Assembly (NCBI GenBank): GCA_040767805.1
Contig: JAXGNU010000003.1
Coordinates: 130,961 to 194,960 of the forward strand
Reading direction: 5' to 3'
From: Thermovirgaceae bacterium
GTDB taxonomy: Bacteria > Synergistota > Synergistia > Synergistales > Thermovirgaceae
Length of the DNA stretch: 64,000 bases
Shown here: positions 9,530 through 19,208 of the stretch, one piece after another
Layout: every line of letters starts with the position of its first letter
How positions within the stretch are numbered: the stretch's first letter is position 1
Notes under the pieces: generated by a model
What the model saw: only the letters and a program-made list of their open reading frames with translations
Told to the model about the DNA's origin: nothing
The model's database searches: none
Made by a program: the position numbers and the translations under genes

Positions 9530-11032
9530 TTGGGTGAACTGATCAGTGCCAGGGGGATCCATAAATACTTTCCCGGCGTGCACGCCCTCAACGACGTGAC
9601 CTTCAACGTCGGGGCCGGCGAGATCCACGCCCTGGTCGGCGAGAACGGCGCCGGGAAGTCCACGCTGGTGAAGATCCTCTCAGGCATCCACACCCCTGAT
9701 TCGGGTGAAATACTCTTCGAAGGTCGGCGGGTGGACTGGAAGGGCCCCAGGGATGCACTCAAAGCGGGCATCGCCGTGATACACCAGGAACTAAGCCTGG
9801 CCCCGCACCTCTCGGTGGCGGAAAACATCTTCCTGGGGCGGGAGCCGCGGAAGGGACCCTTCCTGGACCGGGCGGCCCTTCGCGATGAGGCGCGCAGGAT
9901 ACTCGCCCGGGTTCACGCCGCCTTTGACGTAGACCGCGAGGTGCGGACCCTCATTCCCGGGGAGCGGCAACTGGTGGAGATCGCCAAGGCTCTTTCCCTC
10001 AACGTGAAGGTCCTGGCCATGGACGAGCCCACGTCGAGCCTTTCCGACAGGGAGACGGAGAACCTTTTCGGGCTCATGGGGGAACTTCGCCGTCAGGGCG
10101 TGGGGATGATCTACATCTCCCACCGCCTCGAGGAAGTATTCCGCATCGCCGACACCATCACCGTGCTCCGGGACGGCGCGAACGCCGGCGGCGGCCCCAT
10201 GGGCGACTTCGACCAGGAGGACGTCGTGCGCCTCATGGTCGGCCGCAGCGTCGACACCCTGTTCCCCAGGGAAAGACCCGCCCTTGGCGATACCGTACTT
10301 GAAGTGGAAGGCCTCTCCCGCGACGGGGTGCTGAAGGACATAAGCTTCAAGGTCAGGAAGGGTGAGATACTCGGCTTTTCGGGCCTCGTCGGGAGCGGCC
10401 GGAGCGACCTCGTCCGCTGCCTCTTCGGCCTTGAGCCCTATCAAAAGGGGACGATCAGTATAAAGGGGCGTACGGCCCGGGTCAGGCGGCCCTCAGAAGC
10501 GCTGGAGGAGGGGCTCTTCCTGGTCCCCGAGGACCGCAAGCTGCAAGGGCTTTTTCTCAACCGCTCCGTCGAGAGGAACGTGACGGTCCTCCAACTGCTG
10601 CGCCGCCTTTACGGGCTGTTCCTCGTCAACGGCGCCCTGAGGCGCAGGGAGGCCCTGCGCCTCCTGAAAGCACTCAACGTCCGGTTCGCCCGTCTTGACC
10701 AGGAAGTCCAGAACCTATCGGGCGGCAACCAGCAGAAGACCGTCATCGCCAAGGGACTCAGCGTCACGCCCGAGATACTCATCCTCGACGAACCGACCAG
10801 GGGCATCGACGTGGGCGCCAAGGCGGAGATCCACCACCTGATGAACCGCCTGACCCACGAGGGGATGGCGGTGATCATGGTCTCCTCGGAACTGCCGGAG
10901 GTACTCGGCATGAGCGACCGCGTAGCCGTGATGAGGGAAGGCCGCATAGCCGCCTTTTTTGAGAAGGAAGAGGCGACAAGCGAAAAGATCATGTTGGCTG
11001 CCGCGGGAGGGGTCGAAGTTGGCGCGCCTTAA
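9530..11032 (+). CDS. rbsA: Sugar ABC transporter ATP-binding protein (RbsA-like, two ABC domains)
   Basis: GENGAGKST, MDEPTSSL, PEDRK..GL, LSGGNQQK, LDEPTRGIDVGAK; TTG start after a GGAGGG RBS. Confidence 0.92.
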   Translation: MGELISARGIHKYFPGVHALNDVTFNVGAGEIHALVGENGAGKSTLVKILSGIHTPDSGEILFEGRRVDWKGPRDALKAGIAVIHQELSLAPHLSVAENIFLGREPRKGPFLDRAALRDEARRILARVHAAFDVDREVRTLIPGERQLVEIAKALSLNVKVLAMDEPTSSLSDRETENLFGLMGELRRQGVGMIYISHRLEEVFRIADTITVLRDGANAGGGPMGDFDQEDVVRLMVGRSVDTLFPRERPALGDTVLEVEGLSRDGVLKDISFKVRKGEILGFSGLVGSGRSDLVRCLFGLEPYQKGTISIKGRTARVRRPSEALEEGLFLVPEDRKLQGLFLNRSVERNVTVLQLLRRLYGLFLVNGALRRREALRLLKALNVRFARLDQEVQNLSGGNQQKTVIAKGLSVTPEILILDEPTRGIDVGAKAEIHHLMNRLTHEGMAVIMVSSELPEVLGMSDRVAVMREGRIAAFFEKEEATSEKIMLAAAGGVEVGAP

Positions 11033-11978
11033 CTGGAGAAGACACGGCAACCTGGCGGTGCTGGCCGCGCTCCTGGCCGTGCTGGCGTCCCGGGACCCCG
11101 GGGTCCTGTCGACGTCCAACATAACGAACGTCATCGGCCAGGCGGCCGTCATGGGCATCTGCGCCGTAGGGATGACCTTCGTCATCCTCACCGGCGGCAT
11201 AGACCTTTCGGTGGGGAGTATCGTGGCGCTTTCGGGTGCCCTGGGGGCATGGCTCAACGTCCACGCCGGCCTCCCCTGGCAGGCGGCCTGGGCCTCGGCG
11301 ATACTGGCCGGCACCGCTTGCGGCCTGGTCTCGGGGCTGCTGGTCCACTGGGGGCGCGTACCGCCCTTCATGGCGACCCTGGCCGTGATGGCCGCCGCCA
11401 GGGGCCTGACGCTCCTCCTTACCCAGGGGAGCCCCATCTCAGGCACCTCGCCGGCCTTCAACTACGCCGGCTGGGCCTCTCTTTCGGGGTTTCCCGTCTC
11501 GGGGATGATCCTTTTGGCCTGCGCCACGGCGGCATGGATACTGCTCCGCTTCACCCCCTTCGGCACCGGCGTCTACGCCCTGGGCGACAACCCCGAGGCC
11601 GCCCGCTTTGCCGGAATACCCACGGGCCGGGTCACCGTGTCCGTCTACGCCCTGAGCGGATCCACGGCGGGCCTCGCCGGTCTCCTGATGGTGGGCCGCC
11701 TCTGGAGCGCCCAGCCCGGCATCGGCATGGGCCTCGAACTGGACGTGATCGCCTCGGTCGTTCTCGGGGGCACCAGCCTCTTCGGCGGGGTTGGGACCAT
11801 ACGGGGGACGCTGACGGGCGTGCTCATCATGGGATTCCTGGACAACGGCCTGAGGATCCTCGGGATCTCCAGCTACCTGCAGCAGGTTATCAAGGGGATG
11901 GTCTTCATCGGGGCCGTCATCCTCGACATGTACTTCAAGGGCGCCTACCGGAAGGATCGAAGCCGCGATGCGCCATGA
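11019..11978 (+). CDS. Second ribose-type ABC permease
   Basis: GGIDLSVGS, PPFMATL, LGDNPEAARFAGI, ELDVIASVVLGG. Confidence 0.9.
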   Translation: MARLNWRRHGNLAVLAALLAVLASRDPGVLSTSNITNVIGQAAVMGICAVGMTFVILTGGIDLSVGSIVALSGALGAWLNVHAGLPWQAAWASAILAGTACGLVSGLLVHWGRVPPFMATLAVMAAARGLTLLLTQGSPISGTSPAFNYAGWASLSGFPVSGMILLACATAAWILLRFTPFGTGVYALGDNPEAARFAGIPTGRVTVSVYALSGSTAGLAGLLMVGRLWSAQPGIGMGLELDVIASVVLGGTSLFGGVGTIRGTLTGVLIMGFLDNGLRILGISSYLQQVIKGMVFIGAVILDMYFKGAYRKDRSRDAP

Positions 11979-12148
11979 CCAGGCTCCATTTTCCGGCCCA
12001 GGGGTTTTGTCGAAAGGCCGGGTGCTGGCGATCCCGCGTTTTTTAGAACCCTTTTGAGTTGTGGAAAGGGTCGATTTATGCAAATATGGCCTTGCCAAAG
12101 CCAACCGTGAAAACCCGAAGGCACAAAAGAGAGAAGGAGGGGTCTTTC

Positions 12149-15100
12149 TTGAGATCTCAACTCGTGGTCCGGTCAAGACTTAATTCTTCCCGCTGCAAAG
12201 CCTTCATCATGACAGCCCTGGCAATGCTGGTCGCTGTCTCCCTGTCGGCTCCCGCCGTTTTCGCCGCCGAGGGGGATGAACACTGGTCCCGACAGTTCCC
12301 AAAGCCAGTCCAGACGACCCAGATGTCGGCGGCTACGGGAATGTCCGACGGGACGGGGGCCCCGTCGGTGCGGCGGGTCAAATGGCACGACGGCAAACTG
12401 TGGTTCGCCGGCGCATGGGAGGCGGGCGTCGATGCCCGGGACTTCAGCAAGAAACTAACTAACCAGTCGTGGCATCTCTGGACGTGGTCGCCGGAAAGGG
12501 GCTACGAAGTGGTGGCCTTCTTCCACACCTCCCACGGCGGCGTTGGCCCCGACGGTGTCATCGATGACTTCGTCTTCCTCCCCGACGGGCGCATCGTGGT
12601 GGGCGGCGAATTCATGCGGCTCGACAACCCCGGCGGCAACCGCTACCACGGGGTCAACGCCCTGGCCGTCTTCGACCCCGGCGAGCCCGGCCCTGATCGG
12701 TGGCGTCCCCTGGGGCGGGTCCAGTACAACGGGACCATAAGCCCCGGCGGTTCCATCCAGTCCCTCGACTACGACCCGCGGGGCGACTGCCTGTACATCG
12801 GCGGCTCCTTCGCGGGCGCGCCCCTCGAACTGCCCATGAGGAGCAACGCTTTCCATCGCTTCAACTTCAAAACGGGCACCCACGAGATAATCCCCTCCGG
12901 GCCGGGCGGCGCCCACCCCCGGGTTCAAAGGATATTCGTCGACACCTCCACCGACCCGTCCACGATATACATCGGGGGGACCTGGCACTACCTCGGCGGT
13001 AACGGTATCGAGCCGGGCAGCACCCTCTCCACGGCCAGCTACTCCACAGGCTTCGCCGCGTGGCGCGAGGACACGGGCTGGATGCCCTACCCCGCCGACT
13101 TTCCCAGGGACGGCTCCGATAAGGCCGACGGGATCCTCCAGCGGGCCGGTGATTTCATCGCCTTCGATTCCGTCGTCGTTCGCGACTTCCTGGTCGACGG
13201 CGATGATATCTGGATAGTGGGGAGCTTCTCCGAGGGAAAGGACCAGGAGCCCCTCCGCGGCATAGCCCGTTGGGACCGCGAGAAGAACGCCTGGACCGAC
13301 CCCACCGGCCGCGGAGGGGTGGGTAGGGACGTCTTCAGCATAGAAAAGGCCGAGGACGGGCTCATCTACTTCTCCGGCGCTTTCGGGGGACGAAAGTCGG
13401 CAAGCGAGTTCTACGACGGCTTCAAGAACGGAGACCCCGCCCACTGCGTGGTGGCCTACGACCCGGCGGCCGATACCTGGCACACCCTCGGCTCGGGCCT
13501 CTCCTCGAAGGTGATGCCCGAGGTCCGCCTGGCTGTCAACGGCCGGGACATTTATTTCGTCGGCGATTTCAGCCACATCGGCCCCGAGAACTTCGGGGAC
13601 AAGGCCCCCGCCGACCAGCAGTCCCACTACATCGCCCGCTGGAACCCGACGGTGGACTTCACCGCTGACCCTCCGGCCGTAGAGAAGACCAACGCCCGGT
13701 ACGTGGAGCATGTCCCCACGACGGCGGCTCCCGCCGGGTCGGAGCACTGGTCCCGAGCCTTCACGGCCCCCGAGCGCAACGACGCCCGCAAGGTCACCGG
13801 CATGAACGACGGCATCGGCACGCCTGACATAGCCGGCATAGCCTGGATCGGCGACACCCTCTACTTCGGCGGGAGCTGGGAAGCGGAAAAGGGGACCCGC
13901 TGGTTCGCCTGGAGTCTCCACCCCGAGCGCGGCTACGAGCGGCTGGCCTGGTCGGGCGGCGAAGGGATCCAGAGCCCGCCGGAGGGCGTAAAAGCCATCC
14001 AAGGCAAACTTTACGCCTACGGTGCCATCAGCAGCCATAGCGGCATCGCTGTTTACGACCCCGCCGAGGGCAGCTGGTCCCAGGTGCGGGGGACCTACCG
14101 CGGGCAGGAGGTCGTGGGCAACTCGGCCCGCGGCGGTACGGGCGCGGTCAACGACATCGCCCTCGATGAGCGTACGGGCGACCTCTACCTGGTGGGCAAC
14201 TGGGCGCCGGCCCTGGAAATGCCCGACGTCGACCACCCGCTGGACATCGCCGCGGCCCTCCGCATCGACGCCGACGGCGAGTACCACATCATGGGCCGCG
14301 ACCTCAAGGCCGAGGACATGAACAAGCCCGTCAAGGGGATATACAGCATCGTCCTCGACACCACCAAGGACCCCGTCGGCATTTACGTGGCGGGGACCTT
14401 CAACTTCTACGGCCCCGTGCCGACCACCCACGCCCGGATGGCCTACAACGTGGCCCGCTGGGACTACGAAGCCGACGACTGGCGCCCCGTTGGGCACGGC
14501 AACTTCACCCACCTGAGCGAACTCGACGTTGGCCACTACCCGGAAGGTCTCCCCGGGCTGCCCGCGAAGACCCACGAACCGGGCTTCAACAACTACTCGG
14601 GGTTCCTGCAGGAAGGCTTCCCCCGGGTCCGCGCCCTGGCCCTCGACAAGGAGGGCAACCTCTACGCCGGCGGCACCCTTGGCATCGTCGACCGTGACCC
14701 CGACATCCTTTCGCGCCACTCAAGGGAGACCTACGGGCTGGCCCGGTACGACGCCAAAAGAGGCACCTGGGGTCCCGCCGACACCTCGGGGGGCGTCTCC
14801 CGCGACGTCGTCCAGATGACCTGGCTCGACGAGAACCGCCTCCTGTTGACCGGCAGCTTCATCTACGATGAAAAGTGGAACCAGCTGCACAACGTCGCCA
14901 TCCTCGATATCCGTACCGGTGAGTTGAGCCCTGTAGGCGGCGGTCTCCTCCGGGAAGGCCGGGCCCACGTGGTGGGCTCCGAGGTGGTCCACGCCGTGAG
15001 GGGCGAGGAGCTCTGGTTCGCGGGGCTCTTTGACCACGTCGGCGTCAACGGCAACGCCATGCACACCGCCCCGATCGTGTCGAAGTACATCGCTCTCTAC

Positions 15101-15412
15101 GATCCGACCCGTGTCCTCGACCCGAACCACTACCTGGTGGTCGAGCCCGTCGAGCCGATCAAGGCCCCGACGGGTTCCAGTTCGGAATCCAAAACGGTCG
15201 AGCTCAAGGCGAGCCTAAGCGAAGGCGAGGGAGCGATAACCTGGTACGAGCGCCGCGCCGACGGGACCTTCGTCAAGAAGGCTTCCGGCGAGAGCTGCAA
15301 GGCCACCCTTCGCGTCGCCCCCGGCAGCGGCGACCTTTTCTACTACGTGAGCGTGACGGGGCCCGACGGCGTCGAAGGGGGCAAGGCGCCGGTCAGGATC
15401 CCGGTCCAGTGA
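12149..15412 (+). CDS. Large secreted hypothetical protein with two homologous predicted beta-propeller halves and a C-terminal Ig-like domain
   Basis: AAGGAGG RBS before TTG at 12149; signal peptide (…APAVFA); repeated lyxGGxF/ARWD blade motifs; internal duplication. Confidence 0.7.
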   Translation: MRSQLVVRSRLNSSRCKAFIMTALAMLVAVSLSAPAVFAAEGDEHWSRQFPKPVQTTQMSAATGMSDGTGAPSVRRVKWHDGKLWFAGAWEAGVDARDFSKKLTNQSWHLWTWSPERGYEVVAFFHTSHGGVGPDGVIDDFVFLPDGRIVVGGEFMRLDNPGGNRYHGVNALAVFDPGEPGPDRWRPLGRVQYNGTISPGGSIQSLDYDPRGDCLYIGGSFAGAPLELPMRSNAFHRFNFKTGTHEIIPSGPGGAHPRVQRIFVDTSTDPSTIYIGGTWHYLGGNGIEPGSTLSTASYSTGFAAWREDTGWMPYPADFPRDGSDKADGILQRAGDFIAFDSVVVRDFLVDGDDIWIVGSFSEGKDQEPLRGIARWDREKNAWTDPTGRGGVGRDVFSIEKAEDGLIYFSGAFGGRKSASEFYDGFKNGDPAHCVVAYDPAADTWHTLGSGLSSKVMPEVRLAVNGRDIYFVGDFSHIGPENFGDKAPADQQSHYIARWNPTVDFTADPPAVEKTNARYVEHVPTTAAPAGSEHWSRAFTAPERNDARKVTGMNDGIGTPDIAGIAWIGDTLYFGGSWEAEKGTRWFAWSLHPERGYERLAWSGGEGIQSPPEGVKAIQGKLYAYGAISSHSGIAVYDPAEGSWSQVRGTYRGQEVVGNSARGGTGAVNDIALDERTGDLYLVGNWAPALEMPDVDHPLDIAAALRIDADGEYHIMGRDLKAEDMNKPVKGIYSIVLDTTKDPVGIYVAGTFNFYGPVPTTHARMAYNVARWDYEADDWRPVGHGNFTHLSELDVGHYPEGLPGLPAKTHEPGFNNYSGFLQEGFPRVRALALDKEGNLYAGGTLGIVDRDPDILSRHSRETYGLARYDAKRGTWGPADTSGGVSRDVVQMTWLDENRLLLTGSFIYDEKWNQLHNVAILDIRTGELSPVGGGLLREGRAHVVGSEVVHAVRGEELWFAGLFDHVGVNGNAMHTAPIVSKYIALYDPTRVLDPNHYLVVEPVEPIKAPTGSSSESKTVELKASLSEGEGAITWYERRADGTFVKKASGESCKATLRVAPGSGDLFYYVSVTGPDGVEGGKAPVRIPVQ

Positions 15413-15431
15413 AGGAACCCCAAAGACAAGC

Positions 15432-15467
15432 AAGAGGCCGGGCGGGATGGGATCCGTCCGGCCTCTT
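15432..15467 (+). terminator. Stem-loop after the large secreted protein gene
   Basis: AAGAGGCCGGGCGG pairs with CCGTCCGGCCTCTT. Confidence 0.6.
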
Positions 15468-15597
15468 AAAACCGCCGCTCCCCCTTGGTTTGCGAAGAAG
15501 CGCCCTTGACTTGATTTCATGAAGTCGTCCAGAATGTACCCGGGCGCTGGAAACCCCGATCGAAGGGCGAGAAAGCCCCGAAAGAAGTGAAAGATCC

Positions 15598-18138
15598 ATG
15601 GGCCGTTCTTTGGGCGAGGCACCGGAAAAATACTGGAGTAAGACCCGGCAGGAATTGCTGTTCGCCCTCGACAGCAGTCCCAAGGGGCTGAGTTCGCAGT
15701 CGGCCCGGGACCGGCTTGAAAAATACGGCCTCAACCTTCCCGCCCCTTCGACGGTGACGGGCCCCCTGAGAATGTTCCTGGAAAAGTTCCGTAACCCCCT
15801 CATCCTCATCCTGGTCTTCGCCTCCGCCGTATCGCTCTTCGCCCGCAACTGGCTGGAGTCCTTCATCGTCCTTGCCATCATCCTGGGCAGCACCATCCTG
15901 AGCTTCGCCTCGGAATACCGCGCCTCCCAGGCCGTGAAGAAGCTCCGCCAGCGTGTTCGGATAAAGGCCCTGGTTCTCCGCGACGGCGAGGCGGTATCTC
16001 GCCCCGTCGAGGAGATCGTCCCCGGTGATGTAGTCCTGGTATCGGCCGGCAGCCTCATCCCAGCCGACGGCGTCCTGCTCGAGTCCAGCGATCTTTTCGT
16101 ATCCCAGGCGATCCTCACCGGCGAGACCTTCCCCGCGGAAAAGGAGCCCGGCGAGGCGCCCGAGGATGCCACGCCGGCCGAACGGCCCAACTGCCTCTTC
16201 ATGGGCACCTCCGTCAGGAGCGGCACGGGGACCTTCCTCGTCGTCAAGACCGGCAGCGGAACGACCTTCGGCGAGATCGCCGGGCGCCTGCAGGAGGCCC
16301 CCCTGGAGACTGAGTTCGAGAGGGGGCTCCGCCGCTTCGGAGGCCTGCTCCTTCAAGTCATGGTCCTCATAGTCTTTGCCATCTTTTTCACCAACGTGGT
16401 CCGACAAAGGCCCCTCATCGAGACCATGCTTTTCGCCGTCGCCATCGCCGTGGGACTTTCACCGGAAATGCTCCCCGTCATACTCAGCGTCACCCTTTCC
16501 CGGGGGGCCCAGAACATGGCGGGGCACGGGGTGATCGTCAAAAGGCTTAACGCCATCGAAAACCTCGGGAGCATGGACATGCTCTGTTCGGACAAGACCG
16601 GCACCCTCACCGAGGGCGTCATGAAGGTAGAAGGCGCTCTCGACGCTGAGGGCGGCCCGTCGGGGGAGGTCTTCCAGTGGGCTTTCCTGAACTCCTTTTT
16701 CCAGTCGGGGCTCACCAACCCCCTCGATGAGGCCGTCCTGGCGGCACCCGCGGCCGAGGGAACCTCGGCGGAAGGTTACGAAAAACTCGACGAGATCCCC
16801 TACGACTTCGTGCGCAAGAGACTCAGCGTCCTTGTGGCCTCGCCCGACGGCGGCCGCTTCCTGGTGACCAAGGGCGCGCTGAAGAACGTGCTCGACGCCT
16901 GCACCAGCGTGAACAGGAGGGGCACCTCCGCCGCTCTGGATGACGCCACGAAACGTGATATCCTGGAGCGCTTCGCCTCGTGGAGCACCGAGGGGTACCG
17001 CGTCATAGGCGTCGCCCGGAAAGCCGTCGAGGACGCCGGGAAGAGGCAGGATGAGTCAGACCTGGAATTCCTGGGCTTCCTGCGGTTTTCCGACCCGCCA
17101 TCGGAAGGGGTCTCGAAGGAACTGGAGGAACTCCGCTCCCTCGGGGTCCGCCTCAAGCTGATCACGGGGGACAACCGCTACGTGGCCCGCCATGTCGCCG
17201 CCTCGGTGGGGATCAAGGCCGCCCGGATCCTCACCGGCCCGGAACTGGCGGTCATGAGGGACGAGGCTCTGTGGCACCTCGTGGGCCACGTCGACATCTT
17301 CGCCGAGGTCGATCCCAACCAGAAGGAACGGATCATCCGGGCGCTGCAGAGGATGGGTTCCGTCGTGGGCTTCCTGGGTGACGGCATCAACGACGCGCCG
17401 GCGCTCCACGCCGCCGACGTGGGCATCTCGGTGGACAAGGCCGTCGACGTCGCCAAGGAGGCGGCCGACTTCGTCCTGATGGAACACAGCCTGGCCATGG
17501 TCCGCCAGGGGATACAGATCGGCCGCCGGACCTTCGCCAATACGATAAAATACATCTTCATCACCACCAGCGCCAACTTCGGGAACATGATCAGCATGGC
17601 GGCGGGGTCGCTCTTCCTCCCCTTCCTTCCCCTCCTGGCCAAGCAGGTGCTCCTCAACAACTTCATGTCGGACATCCCCTCCGTGGGGATCGCCGGCGAC
17701 AGAGTGGACCCCGAGTGGGAGAGGGAACCCCACCGGTGGAACATCAGGATAATCAGGGACTTCATGGTCATCTTCGGGCTCGTGAGCACCGCCTTCGACC
17801 TGCTGACCTTCTACGCCCTCATCAGGCTGGCGGGCAGCGCGGCAAGCGCGTTCCGGACCGGGTGGTTCATCGAATCCCTGCTGACCGAACTGCTGGTGCT
17901 GTTCGTGGTGAGGACCTACAGGCCCTTCTACCGTAGCCGACCCGGCACCTTCATCCTCGCTTCCTCCGCCTTGCTGGGGCTCCTCGCCGTGGCGCTTCCC
18001 TACCTCCCGGCGGGCCGTGTCTTCGGCTTCGTCCCCCTCCCTTGGCCCGTCCTGGCGGCCGTCCTGGCCATTACCCTCCTCTACCTGGTCGTCTCGGAAT
18101 CGACCAAGAGGGCCTTTTTCCGCTTCCTGCGATTATGA
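15598..18138 (+). CDS. mgtA: Magnesium-translocating P-type ATPase
   Basis: LTGETFPAEK, LSPEMLP, CSDKTGTLT, EIPYDFVRKR, LITGDN, GDGINDAPAL, SANFGNM. Confidence 0.93.
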   Translation: MGRSLGEAPEKYWSKTRQELLFALDSSPKGLSSQSARDRLEKYGLNLPAPSTVTGPLRMFLEKFRNPLILILVFASAVSLFARNWLESFIVLAIILGSTILSFASEYRASQAVKKLRQRVRIKALVLRDGEAVSRPVEEIVPGDVVLVSAGSLIPADGVLLESSDLFVSQAILTGETFPAEKEPGEAPEDATPAERPNCLFMGTSVRSGTGTFLVVKTGSGTTFGEIAGRLQEAPLETEFERGLRRFGGLLLQVMVLIVFAIFFTNVVRQRPLIETMLFAVAIAVGLSPEMLPVILSVTLSRGAQNMAGHGVIVKRLNAIENLGSMDMLCSDKTGTLTEGVMKVEGALDAEGGPSGEVFQWAFLNSFFQSGLTNPLDEAVLAAPAAEGTSAEGYEKLDEIPYDFVRKRLSVLVASPDGGRFLVTKGALKNVLDACTSVNRRGTSAALDDATKRDILERFASWSTEGYRVIGVARKAVEDAGKRQDESDLEFLGFLRFSDPPSEGVSKELEELRSLGVRLKLITGDNRYVARHVAASVGIKAARILTGPELAVMRDEALWHLVGHVDIFAEVDPNQKERIIRALQRMGSVVGFLGDGINDAPALHAADVGISVDKAVDVAKEAADFVLMEHSLAMVRQGIQIGRRTFANTIKYIFITTSANFGNMISMAAGSLFLPFLPLLAKQVLLNNFMSDIPSVGIAGDRVDPEWEREPHRWNIRIIRDFMVIFGLVSTAFDLLTFYALIRLAGSAASAFRTGWFIESLLTELLVLFVVRTYRPFYRSRPGTFILASSALLGLLAVALPYLPAGRVFGFVPLPWPVLAAVLAITLLYLVVSESTKRAFFRFLRL

Positions 18139-19184
18139 CGTCGCCGCCCGCCCCCCAAGACCGGGTACCCGTAACGGAGGCGAATGATACGGTGCCCTGG
18201 TGGAAAAGGAACAAAAAGGCCATTAAGCGGGGCATCCTGGGCGCCCTGCTCCTGCTGGGGCTCGTCACCGCCGTAGCCCACCTCGGCGAGATAGGCCGCT
18301 TCCTGGGGATCCTCCGGGAGGCGAAACCCGCCTGGGTGGCCGCCGGCCTGTCCTTCCAGGCCCAGACTTACCTCTGCGCGGCCCTGGTCTGGAAGGCGGC
18401 CATGGCGAACATCGGCATCCACTTTCCCCTTTCCCAACTGGTCCCGCTGAGCGTGGCCAAGCTATTCTCCGACCAGGTCCTCCCCAGCGGAGGCCTCAGC
18501 GGTTCCGCCTTTTTCACCGTGGCCCTCAAGCACCGGGGGGTAGCGGTCCTGGACGGCCTCGTGGCCCTGGTGGCCAGCCTCACCGGTTACTACGCCTCCT
18601 ACATGATCATGGCGGTGGCGAGCCTCGCCTTGCTGGCTTTCCGCCACGACATCCACCCCTGGATCCTCACGGCGTCGGTGCTGTTCTTCGTCGTCGCCCT
18701 CGCCGTCCCCGCCGTGGTGATCCTGGCCAGCCTTTACGGGGGGGAAAGGATACCGGCAGCCTTCAAGCGCCGCTTCCCCATCCCCGTCATGGAGGACGCC
18801 CTGGGGAAGGTCTCCGCCCGGGTCATATTCGACCCTCTGGTGCTGGCCCAGGTGACCTTACTCCAGGGCGCGGTGTTCCTGCTCGACGCGGCCACCCTCT
18901 GGGCCATGCTCCTGGCGGTGGGGCAGAAGGCCGCCTTCCTGGAGGCCCTGCCCAGCTTCGTCGTAGCCTCGATGGTGGCGACCATCGGCGTGGTCCCCCT
19001 CGGCCTGGGGACCTTCGAGACCACCTGCGTCGTCCTGCTGGGGAGCCTCAAGGTCCCTTTCGAAGCGGCCCTGGCCGCCACGCTCCTCCTTCGGGGCTTG
19101 ACCCTTTGGCTGCCCATGCTTCCCGGCATGTGGCTGGCTCGGAAGGAATTGTCCAGGGACCCTGCCCCTTTGCCGAAGGGTTAA
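18135..19184 (+). CDS. Lysylphosphatidylglycerol synthase TM-domain (flippase-like, UPF0104) membrane protein
   Basis: ATG overlaps the mgtA stop; multi-TM; LPSGGLSG and PLGLGTFE...AATLLLR motifs. Confidence 0.82.
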   Translation: MTSPPAPQDRVPVTEANDTVPWWKRNKKAIKRGILGALLLLGLVTAVAHLGEIGRFLGILREAKPAWVAAGLSFQAQTYLCAALVWKAAMANIGIHFPLSQLVPLSVAKLFSDQVLPSGGLSGSAFFTVALKHRGVAVLDGLVALVASLTGYYASYMIMAVASLALLAFRHDIHPWILTASVLFFVVALAVPAVVILASLYGGERIPAAFKRRFPIPVMEDALGKVSARVIFDPLVLAQVTLLQGAVFLLDAATLWAMLLAVGQKAAFLEALPSFVVASMVATIGVVPLGLGTFETTCVVLLGSLKVPFEAALAATLLLRGLTLWLPMLPGMWLARKELSRDPAPLPKG

Positions 19185-19208
19185 AATTTTACGCGGGGGT
19201 GATGACCT

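Noticed and set aside
7103..11032. N-terminal extensions in the ORF track (7103-8383, 8065-8679, 8984-11032; also 20675-22432 and 56425-58239)
   Set aside because: They overlap neighbouring genes or repeats; downstream starts with RBSs or stop-start coupling fit the families better.
15413..15597. Mg2+ riboswitch or leader peptide upstream of mgtA
   Set aside because: Only a terminator-like hairpin is recognisable; an Rfam scan would be needed.
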